From the NCBI GenBank assembly GCA_964106645.2, contig OZ067044.1: 64,000 bases of DNA, one strand, 5' to 3'. Under the pieces are notes generated by a model that saw only the letters and a list, made by a program, of their open reading frames with translations, was not told the DNA's origin and searched no databases. Of this stretch, positions 38,482 to 48,091 are shown in pieces. Every line of letters starts with the position of its first letter. Position 1 is the first letter of the stretch. This DNA comes from Podarcis pityusensis (Eukaryota). The translations under genes were made by a program, and so were the position numbers.

Positions 38482-39376
38482 AGCGCTGGATATTAAATCT
38501 ACGGCATGCAGACTTACTTTGGGGCCCTTAGAGAAAAGGCTAATTATAGAGAGAGGAATTGTGTTTACTGGTCTGTCTTGGGCAAAGATGTTGAAAGAAG
38601 TGCAACCAAGTTTTGCAGCTAAACATGAGCGTTGGTTAATAGAGATATCAAAACAGTGCTTGTAGCTTGCCTTGTGCCTAATTATAGGAAATAGGATATT
38701 CTAAGTCATCCACCCTTAAAGTTAAATGGGAAAAAAAGATAAACCACTCACACACGAGCAAAGGCACACACAGACAAGTGTGTGTGTGTGTAGATATATA
38801 GATAATTATTGAAACAGCTGTAGTTAAATGTGAGTGCAACTCTTTTGTCACTCACATATATGTAGCAATTTCTTCTAGTTTAACTGCTCCTGTGTTTTTT
38901 TTAAAAAGCCATTGCTTCTAGGTATAAACCCACTACCAGTATTTAAATAAAAATGGGTCATATGAAGGAAAGTGATAGTAATTCTGGCTCCTACAGCATA
39001 CAGTAGAGAGATGTTTATGTAACAAGTTCTGACAAGAGGGACATTAACCTTTCATAATGCAAATCAAAGGTAGGGAGACAAATCCCTGGAGCCTTTGGAA
39101 AGTGTAGTGTGCTTTACAAGGTGATGGTTCACATTTTTTAAAGATGCTTTTTTATATAATAATAAACATAGAAATTAATTTAAGGCAGGATTCCCCTAAC
39201 CAGGCCTGTCAGCAGAGGTCATGCAGAAGGACTTCTGCTTGCACCATGGGACTTGCCCCTCCCTTTACTTCCTCCACACCTCCCCCCCTCAAAAAATAAG
39301 AATTTTTGCCTTGAGTGGTCAAGAGAACCCCCAGAACAGCACGTGGAGGAAGCAGAGGGGTATATTCCTCCCTTAT

Positions 39377-39445
39377 GTAATGAAGTAGGCTATTGCCTAC
39401 AAAAACTCCAGCCACGATAAACCAGTTAGTCTCTGAGGTGCCACA
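39377..39445 (+). mobile_element. Penelope pLTR remnant with a decayed hammerhead
   Basis: GTAATGAA-GTAGGC-TATT-GCCTAC-AAAAACTCC...GATAAACCAGTTAGTCTCTGAGGTGCCAC resembles the Penelope tail CTGATGAAGTGGGC..GCCCACGAAAGCT..AATAAA..GTTAGTCT..AAGGTGCCAC. Confidence 0.65.
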
Positions 39446-40469
39446 TTGCCAGTTAAAACCACATTACAATTTCTCCATATGAGTAAATCAAATGAAAATA
39501 AACAAAACTACATTTTATCAGGCAGTCCATTCAATTAAAAAAAATGGCTCCCTTTGCCTCCTTCATCATATTAGCAACATCCACATGAACTTCTTCATAA
39601 ATGAGTAACTAGTGCTGATTCTTATCTCATGCTCCTTCTAGAATTATTAATTCCCTTCTGTGCTGTTTTGCATGTGGATAATTCCTTGCAGGTGCAGTTA
39701 GTTTTAGGTTTCTCAGCTCCCCCCCCCCCCCAATACACCTAATTCTGGGATTGCTCTCAACACATGTAGCCTCTTGTAAACTGTTGTTGTGTGAATGTGC
39801 TGACCATAACACCTAGCTATCACTTTCATTTAGAACTGATTTAAGTAGCCTTTCTGAAGGATTTTTGCTCACTGAACTTACAATTAGGAAACACTAGAGT
39901 AAGCAACACCTAGTTTGGACTATATTCAGTATAGGGGCCTGTATAAGTTCTGCAGGATTTACAGACAATACGTAAAATAAAAAAATTCCAACAAGCTTTG
40001 TATGCGTATATATGAAGATTTTGCCAGTGGGTGGCTGATTGTACCAAAATGTTATCAGCCCTGGTATTTTGCAGCTCCAGGCTGAAGCAAAGGCAGGCAT
40101 GGGAAGTTAATGGCCCAAGTATAGCCATTCTGTTGATATCCACATGTCTGTGAGGATGGTGTCACACCTCCTATTTTGATGAGGCAAAAATTACCTCAAA
40201 ACACTTTCTGCCACAATGGAGTGAGAGATGCAGGCAGAAATTAATGACTGTGACTAACTTAGGCACATGAATTTCAATGGGTCTACTCTGAGTAAAAGTT
40301 ATACAACCCAGTATTTTTATTCTGTTTTCAGAACCCAACCAAACATAAAATTGTGTTTTAAATACTAGGAAATTTAAAACATCCCTTGTCTCTCCAATGA
40401 AGCCCAAGGGAGTTAAAAAAATTGTGTTATATAACACATTTATGTCATTCCTCTTAAAGCAATGTTTGC

Positions 40470-40600
40470 TTCACAACAATCCCATGAGGTAGGCTGACTT
40501 GAGAGAAAGTGGATTTGCTAAAAGCCACCCAATGAGTTTTCATGGCTTGACTACATATTTGAACCGGGGATTCCTGTGTCCAAGTCCTCTACACTGACCT
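40470..40600 (-). mobile_element. MIR/CORE-like SINE fragment
   Basis: CACAACAATCCCATGAGGTAGG...GCCACCCAATGAG...ATTTGAACCGGGGATTCC...CAAGTCC. Confidence 0.6.
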
Positions 40601-41036
40601 GAAAACCATCAACCATACGCTCTCAGCATCCAGCAAACAAGAGAAGGAACTCCACAGACATCATTTCTGAACTAATCCTTATTAGTTTCAGTGAAACATA
40701 ATCCCAAATTAGTGTGCTCGGGATCACAACCCAAACTTTTTGCTGGATCAGTAGGTAGTTTTTGAAAATATACTTCTTTTAAAATATAGGTAAGGATCTA
40801 GTTCACAATATGTGATTAAAGAACATCTTGAAGATAGGGAAATAGAACAAAACAGGAAGATTCAACACTGCCAGTCCTTGTGTAACATCTGTTTTTGAAC
40901 AACAAGGGATTATATAAGCGAAATACCAATATCAGTAAGTAACCTTGGGAAGGATTCTTCAGTCATCCTCAGCATTCTCTTGTCTGCTGATAGTATCCTT
41001 ATTTCAGGGTTGCACAATATGGCACACCCTCTAGAT

Positions 41037-41286
41037 CAGGGGTCAGCAAACTTTTTCAGCAGGGAGCCGGTCCACTGTCCCTCAGACCTTGTGGGGGGCC
41101 GGACTATATTTTGAAAAAAATAATGAACAAATTCCTATGCCCCACAACTAACCCAGAGATGCATTTTAAATAAAAGGACACATTTTACTCATGTAAAAAC
41201 ACGCTGATTCCCGGACTGTCTGTGGGCTGGATTTAGAAGGCGATTGGGCTGAATCCGGCCTCCAGGCCTTAGTTTACCTACCCATG
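41037..41286. mobile_element. hAT (Charlie-like) non-autonomous element, 250 bp
   Basis: Starts CAGGGGTCAGCAAACT and ends AGTTTACCTACCCATG. 8-bp TSD CTCTAGAT / CTGTAGAT (7/8), matching the NNNTANAN-type Charlie target. Confidence 0.85.
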
Positions 41287-41424
41287 CTGTAGATGTTGCT
41301 GGACTCCACTTCGCATCTGCCCCATTTCATATGGCCAATGATCAGCCAGTGTTTTGACTTCTATTATTCCATCTCACTAGAAGTAAAAATATTTAAAGCC
41401 CTGGGGGCAGAGATTTTAAAAATT

Positions 41425-41812
41425 TCTTTGGCGATCACTTGTAGCAGAGGTAAGATTATCTTCCATAAACCCAGTTTTAATAGTGAGTCCATAAGTGACT
41501 GTGGATGCCAATTCTGGATCCATGCATCCTTCCACAGTGAAGACATAGGTTTCTGGGTGGGAGCTGATCATGGTAAGGGTTTGTTTGCCCAGCGTGCCTT
41601 CCTTTTAGCATGTTTCTCCCTTTCATCCTGAGTTTGAGCATCTTCAAAGCCCATGACACCTTCGGTAAAGGCTGTTCTCCAGTTGGAGCGCTCGCAGTGT
41701 TTCCCAGTTGTGACTTTTTTAAAAAAAGATTTGCCTTGAGAGAGTCTTTAAACCTCTTCTGTTGACCACCAGCATCACACTTTCCATTTTTAAGTTCGGA
41801 ATAGAGCAGTTT
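41425..41812 (-). mobile_element. RTE-clade LINE, 5'-truncated 3' end
   Basis: ORF 41477-41845 contains KLLYSELKNGK..GGQQKRFKDSLKANL and a C-terminal C2H2 motif CLHCGRMHGSRIGIHSHLWTH, characteristic of RTE ORF ends. Confidence 0.85.
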
Positions 41813-41897
41813 ATTTAATTTCCTTAAGTACTTAAATCCGAACATTTTGTTATTTTTAGGTGCATCCTCAACAACACTCCACGGAAAATAATTGTCA

Positions 41898-41985
41898 CTA
41901 AGAATATAAAAATGAGACCTACTGGTTCAGGCCAGTGGTCCGTCTTTCACACAGGAGCAAACCAGGTGTGTTTGGGAAGCCAGGC
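41898..41985 (-). mobile_element. Degenerate L2/LF-type 3' tail
   Basis: AAGAATATAA...CCTACTGGTTCAGGCCAGTGGTCCGTCT...AACCAGGTG...TGGGAAGCC. Confidence 0.5.
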
Positions 41986-43645
41986 ACACACACAACATGA
42001 AAGCAACATGAAACCATTTAAACAAGTGGCCATGCCCTTATCCTGTGGCACTGAATTCCATCAGTTACTAATGCATGGCAGTATCCAACAAATACTAGCA
42101 CAAAGGACCTTTGACTGTGTAATGGAAGTTCCTCTCCCTTTCTGCCCAGTGGTGGATCTTCATCTCTGGCACCGGGGGGCGGAGAGCAGGCGGGGTGGGG
42201 GTGGGGTGCATCCCGGGGGCGTGGCACAGTGACTGTGGGGGCAGGGCACCCAGCACTCCTCCACCAGTGTCTCTGTCCTGCATGCACCCCCTAAATCCAT
42301 TCTGGGGGTTCCTCCAGCCCTCTGTAACAGATTTGTGGAGGACGCAGGAGCTGAAATCCTTGCACTAGTGGAAACACTTTCATGGGTACTTTCAGAACAG
42401 TACCATAAGGATAGTAAAAAACAAAACAAATTGGGTGTCCCCCCCCCCCCAAAAAAAAATCCATTACATGCTTACAAGCAAATTAGGAATTGCATAAGTA
42501 GAACCACAGGCTGTTATTTCTTCCAAATTAATTGAAGAATTACTATATATTCTGAAGCTGTCAGCATTTATGCATATGCCCTTTTTTATTCTCAGCCTTA
42601 TACCATGTTGCTTGGGTTGTCCACAATACTGCCTGCTCTTCACCTTTTTCTTGGTGTCTTGTGCTTCCATGAGGCCCTTTTATTCTCAGTGTGTGCTCCC
42701 TGAGGTCATCTACACACACAAAGCTGATCAAGTAAAACAATATTAAGCCCCTGTCCTTTTTTCCCTTCTTTTGACAAAACAAAAAACGAAACAGCACTAA
42801 CTTGTCAAGAGGTTCAAGGTGAAGCCTGAATGTGTTCATACCTGTCCAATTGTCCGTGTAGTTTTGAATTTGCATGTATCTATTTTACCTGCACTGCACT
42901 GGTGTCATATGGTGTTTAAATAAAAAAATAAATCCAAGAACATGCAGTAGCTTGCATTTTACTGCCAGAGTGAAACTTCACCATCCTACCAAGGGAGCTT
43001 TTTGTAATGTTTGTAATGTGCTGCTTTCGTGCTTTAGCAAAGAAAAATGTCACTGCTGGGCTTTATTTTTAACAGACTTTTTAAACATCAATTAATGCAA
43101 GCAAATGTAGTGGAGGGTTTCTGGCTTGTTATTTATATGGGTGAGAGAGAGAGAGAGAGAAAGGGAAGAGAGCAAGCAGCTAGGGAGAGGCAGGTTGTTT
43201 TATTTTTAACTCTGAACAATTGGAGAACAGAGAGGGAGACTTTGAAAGGCACAAATGGCAGTCAGGTGCCAAATGTCCCCTGAAAGGCAAGGGGGATTTA
43301 GGCCTTTGACTTTACTCCATGCCTCCAAATATGTCATGTAGACTGTGTGTTTCCTTTTTTATTATTATTTTCTGGAGCACATTTTGAGGTATAGAAGGTA
43401 TCGGCAAAGCTGGCAGATTTAAATGTCACTGAAGGGACCACACAGTTCGAACAGCTAATGGAAATAAATATTTTGACATAGGGGCCAAGAATAAGGGGTT
43501 GTTTTTCTTAATGGCATTTACCCCTAGAAAAAGCGGAAAAAACAGTCAAGTATATTCAGCTCAGATCCCACTTACAAAATATAAGCACAAGTGCATCTAG
43601 GCTATTTCATGCATTCCTATCTCAGGCTTTATTGTAAAAGGGATA

Positions 43646-44103
43646 TCGTATTGGCCTGAATATAAGCCACACCTGCAAATACACTGCACCTTTAAAATTC
43701 AAGGGGAGGGGAGAGACAAGACCCGACTACAGGTACCACCCCCCCATGCTCCTGGGCTGCTTCCTGGGGGAAGCCACGCTGCTTTGCTGGCAGCCTTCCC
43801 CCTTCTTTCCAGTGGCTTGGGGGGAGGCTTGGGAGCGGCAGGTGGAGTGTGTGCTGTTGTCCCACGCTCTCGGGCCGCTCTCTTGGGGGGGAGCCATGCC
43901 GCTTTGCCGGCAGCCTTCCCCCCAATAGCTTGGGAGCGGCGGCGGCCTGGGTACCATTGCCCCGTGCTCCTGGGGTACTTCCTGACGGCGGGGAGCCACG
44001 CCACTTTGCCGATGGTGTAAGGTCACGAATATAAGCTGCGCTTTAACGTTTCATGGTCGGAATTTGGGAAAAAACAGTGTGGCTTATATTTAGGCCAATA
44101 CAG
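43646..44103. mobile_element. CCGTA-type Tc1/mariner MITE, 458 bp, with GC-rich internal repeats
   Basis: 27-bp TIR TCGTATTGGCCTGAATATAAGCCACAC / GTGTGGCTTATATTTAGGCCAATACAG, with TA on both flanks. Confidence 0.9.
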
Positions 44104-45026
44104 TAATGTCCCCTTTTTTCTTTTAAGTTTGGTACTTCCATTCCAGCTTTGGGTTAAATTCAGTGTACTATGGTCTGGTTTACTCCTTGAGACTTGAACC
44201 TTGGACTCAGTCCATTTTCTGCTCCTTTCATTCATTGCAGATAGCAGGTAACAAGCACACCTGGAGATCTGTGTTTCTCTTACCCTGCAGGACACAACTT
44301 GATTTCTGGCTAGTTCTCTCTCGGAGTATCCGTAAGATTCCACATTAAAATGAATATGGACTCTCCCTACTTCACTCAGTAATGCCCACCTACGTTAAAG
44401 GGAATGCTGTTATTGAGCAAACACTTCTTGGAGCAATGCGGTAGAATTAACCCTAGATACATAGAAATAACCCGTTTTTAGGAGCGTACTAAGGGCAACA
44501 GACTTAGTAGGCAGTGAAGCAAGTAACACCCTCTTGCTGCCTTCACCTCTTTTTTTGACTTCTGAAATAACCTTGCTTTTTCAAAATATGACTGGGCTAA
44601 TATTCCTCTGTGTTCTCTCCATTCCTCATGGCATTGCCCAGTAGTAAATCCCTGTGCACATCCCTTTAAAGTTTTTAAAGTCAAGTTGCTTCTTGTGTAG
44701 AGGAAAAGAGGCGGCAGAGAAATGAATTCTGCCTTTACATCAGCGTACTTATTTTCCCTCTCTGTTTGTAAAAAGACTGACAAGTAAGCATAACATGACT
44801 AGTGCTGTCAGGAAGTACATAAACTTGCTAGCTTCAAGATTTCTGATGGAGACACTTAGGCAGTTTTAAAGCAATGTCTGGGATTCAGAACTGACAGCCC
44901 ACAGGCTTCCAGAGACCCAAATCTAGAGAAGTTACATGCACAGAGTTTTAAAAGCATTCTCAAGAACCTTTCTTTGCACACCATAAATTTCTTAATTTTG
45001 AAATCTAGATTAAAAATAATAATAAT

Positions 45027-45196
45027 TAGGGGGCATAGCGGAGTGGTAAATTGGATGGTTTGGCATGCAGAGTAGTCCATATTTAATCTGCATCATCTCC
45101 AGGTAAATGGACCAGAGTCAGACCTGGAGAGCTGCTCCCAACTGCTGTAGTCAGCACTGGACTAGACAGACCAATGATCTGACAGCTTTGTATGTA
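45027..45196 (+). mobile_element. Degenerate Squam2-like tRNA-derived SINE
   Basis: GGGCATAGCGGAGTGGTA...TGGCATGCAGA...CATCTCCAGGTA...CCTGGAGAGCTGCT...CACTGGACTAGACAGACCAATGATCTGAC. Confidence 0.7.
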
Positions 45197-45227
45197 CTAC
45201 ATCAGTACATACTTGTGAGACGAGTGT

Positions 45228-45295
45228 CACTACTATTCCCATTTTACAGATGAGAACTGAGACTGATAGAGTGTGATTTGCTCAACTCACCTACT
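45228..45295 (-). mobile_element. MIR core fragment
   Basis: TACTATTCCCATTTTACAGATGAGAACTGAGAC. Confidence 0.65.
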
Positions 45296-46633
45296 GATTT
45301 GGTTCAAAGGCCTTAGTTCACTGGAACTAGTAACACTTTGTCTAAGCAGAGAAATCAAATTACTATGGCTGAAGCATTTTTGTAATTCTTCATTATAGCT
45401 TCAGAAATATTTAAGACTGGGTGGTTTTACTTTTTGCTTTTTGCTGGAGCTCTCATCAGGAATTGTAGGATCAACCTGCTTCGATTATTGGTTTTCATTA
45501 AATGACATTCTTTGGCTTGCAGATGCCTCATTCGTCTTTCTGCTGTCCTGCTCCTCTACACTGGCAGATGTATTTGTGTTTGAGTGCACTTTCATCAAGA
45601 ATCTCCATTCCTAATTGAGTTATGATAATTTAGGGCAAATAACTCATTGTTGCAACACTGTCATAATATGCAGTATGTCTATGCTCTGCTGTTGTACCAA
45701 AGCAAAATACATTTTGTGCCATACCTGTTCAAAGTCACTTAGAATGTTATATAGGGATGCACAAAATTAAGAGTGGTAATGTTTGCCATTAATACAATGC
45801 TATGGCAGCATATGAGAACAGGGTCATGTGTTGTTTTTTAAAGGTGCCATTACATATATTAAAAGTGTTGGAACAGTTTTCTACTTGCCATTTGATCTGT
45901 CTAAAACAAGTTCTAAATATATGTGTATTTTGAATATTACACAGCTAGAAAGATTGTTTTCATCATGCTCTCTGTGTGACTGTGAAGGTACTACTTGGTC
46001 TTTTATTATTATTAAGCAAGAAGATATTGTATCCTAAGGAATCCTTTAAAGCAGGGCTAGGACATGTGGGGTTTGTAAGCTAAATCTAGTCTGCAAGACT
46101 TTTCACGGAAAAGCTCTGCCTCTTTATCCTGGGATAAATTGGAGGGGGCAGCAGTGTGAGCAGGGAAGTATTGGTGGGTTGTTTAAAACCTTCTGGATTC
46201 ATATTGCATTAAAGCATTTGCACTTTATGATGCACATAGCAGTGGGAAAGTGCCATTCTGCATGCTTTAGGATTTTTCTTCTCGCAGTTGAACACCTGGA
46301 AAATGTTAATTTGTTGCATTTCTGCAGTTAGAAAACCCACACATTCTATTTTGCTGCCTGTACTAATGGAAACAATAGTATATGGTATTTGGTCATTAAT
46401 CTGGCCATTGCAGATTAATGCCCTTTCATGCCCTTTAGGAAATGATTTCTCTTAAGCAGCAGATTGTTTCACATTCTGCTGTGAATGTGAAAGGAAGAGA
46501 TAGTACAAGCCTGTTGCACTTGGCTCTGTAAACGGGATCTCTTATTTCTGGCTGATGGTTTCAGACCGTTTAGTGACTTAGCTACCCATGGGTAAGCATG
46601 GGGGAACACGCAGGGAGTTAGTATTCTCATACT

Positions 46634-47027
46634 GATTTGAGTTCATATATAACGTTAAACCAAACAATGCCTTAGCAGGCAGGTGGGTTCCCAGAAAGGA
46701 GATTGTGGACACTTTGCTGCTTCTCCAGGCCTGCGGCTGTGAGCTGAGCCACTGTCTGTTTTAGCATGTCGTCCAGACCCAGGTTTGTGGTTTGTTACCG
46801 CCAGACAAACCACAAATTGGAAACCAAGAACAAACCTTGAGTACAGCTTCTTGTCTGCCTAGAAGAAACCAAAACACAAGCCTGGATTCAGACGACACAC
46901 TAAGCCAAATTTTATCTTAATTCACAGCTGTAGGATCTGAGGAGAAGCAAAGTGGTCATGAACTCCTCTCCAGGAGCATTTTCACAGTAAGCCATGGTTT
47001 GGCTTAACATTGTGTGTGAACTGAGCC
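46634..47027. mobile_element. Long (about 390 bp) imperfectly palindromic MITE
   Basis: Left GAGTTCATATATAACGTTAAACCAAACAATGCCTTAG aligns with the reverse complement of right TAAGCCATGGTTTGGCTTAACATTGTGTGTGAACTGAGCC. Inner arms also pair (TGTCGTCCAGACCCAGG / CCTGGATTCAGACGACA). Confidence 0.7.
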
Positions 47028-47222
47028 AATGTATCTTCACTTTTGCCTTTTCAGTCTTTGAATGAAACCCCCCGAGTATTTTGAAATATGTGGTGCAATT
47101 TGGGCACAACTGCAGTGGTGGTAGCAGCAACAGCAGGAGTTGCAATAATAGTAGTTGTCATTGCCACACCAATTGCACATGGCGGTTTCTCAGCCTTGAA
47201 TTTACCACTTGTAAGGCCTACA

Positions 47223-47538
47223 GGGATGCGGGTGGCGCTGTGGTCTAAACTACAGAGGCTAGGACTTGCCGATCAGAAGGTTGGTGGTTCGAATCCCCAC
47301 GACGGGGTGAGCTCCCGTTGTTTGGTCACAGCTCCTGCCCACCTAGCAGTTCGAAAGTGCAAGTAGATAAATAGGTACTGCTCTGGCGGGAAGGTAAACG
47401 GCATTTCCGTGCACTGCTCTGGTTCGCAAGAAATGGCTTAGTCATGCTGACCACATGACGCCTAGAGGGAGATGAGCTCTCAACCCCAGAGTCGTCCGCA
47501 ACTGGACCTAACAGTCAGAGGTACCTTTACCTTTACCT
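47223..47538 (+). mobile_element. Sauria SINE (Squam1), lacertid type, with an internal deletion
   Basis: GGGATGCGGGTGGCGCTGTGGTCTAAAC...GGTTCGAATCCC...GTGCAAGTAGATAAATAGGTAC...(ACCTTT)n tail. Imperfect TSD TAAGGCCTACA / TAGGGCCTAGA. Confidence 0.93.
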
Positions 47539-48054
47539 AGGGCCTAGAGTAGAATTTGCCCATTTCACATTGAAACTCTGTCTTTGCCCAATGTTGCATC
47601 TGGAGACTTTTTCTCATGAATAGAACCATTTACCCCCCCAAATGCAAATGAATGGCACCCCCCAAGATTTCTAGGATGATGATCAAATCTGAGTTTGGGT
47701 GAAATAGGAGCTGGGGGGAGGGGAGGAAGAAAGAAGAAAATGGAAAATCTCAGTTTGATCCAGGTTCAAGTTTTATTGGATGAATATTCAAAAGCATTCA
47801 TCTCTAGACAGAACCCTGGCAATTCACTGCAGCTCCAATGGCAATAATAAATAAATGCATTTTTTACAGCCAAATGGTTCAAGCAGCCAACAAAGTTAAC
47901 ACTATATAATTAATAACAATAAGCAATTAAAGAGAACAGCAGGTTACAGTGATAAAGCACCGAAATATATTAACGTAAAAAAGAAATACTGAATACTTAT
48001 GTGAAAAGGGAGTGCATTAGGTCAACTTATAACTCTTTTTCTTCTGGATAAAGG

Positions 48055-48055
<1 letters not shown>

Positions 48056-48090
<35 letters not shown>
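48056..48090. repeat. (CA)n microsatellite
   Basis: Read directly from the sequence. Confidence 0.95.

Positions 48091-48091
<1 letters not shown>

Noticed and set aside
43692-44034. Six overlapping ORFs
   Set aside because: They are an artefact of a GC-rich repeat inside a MITE and show no transposase motifs.
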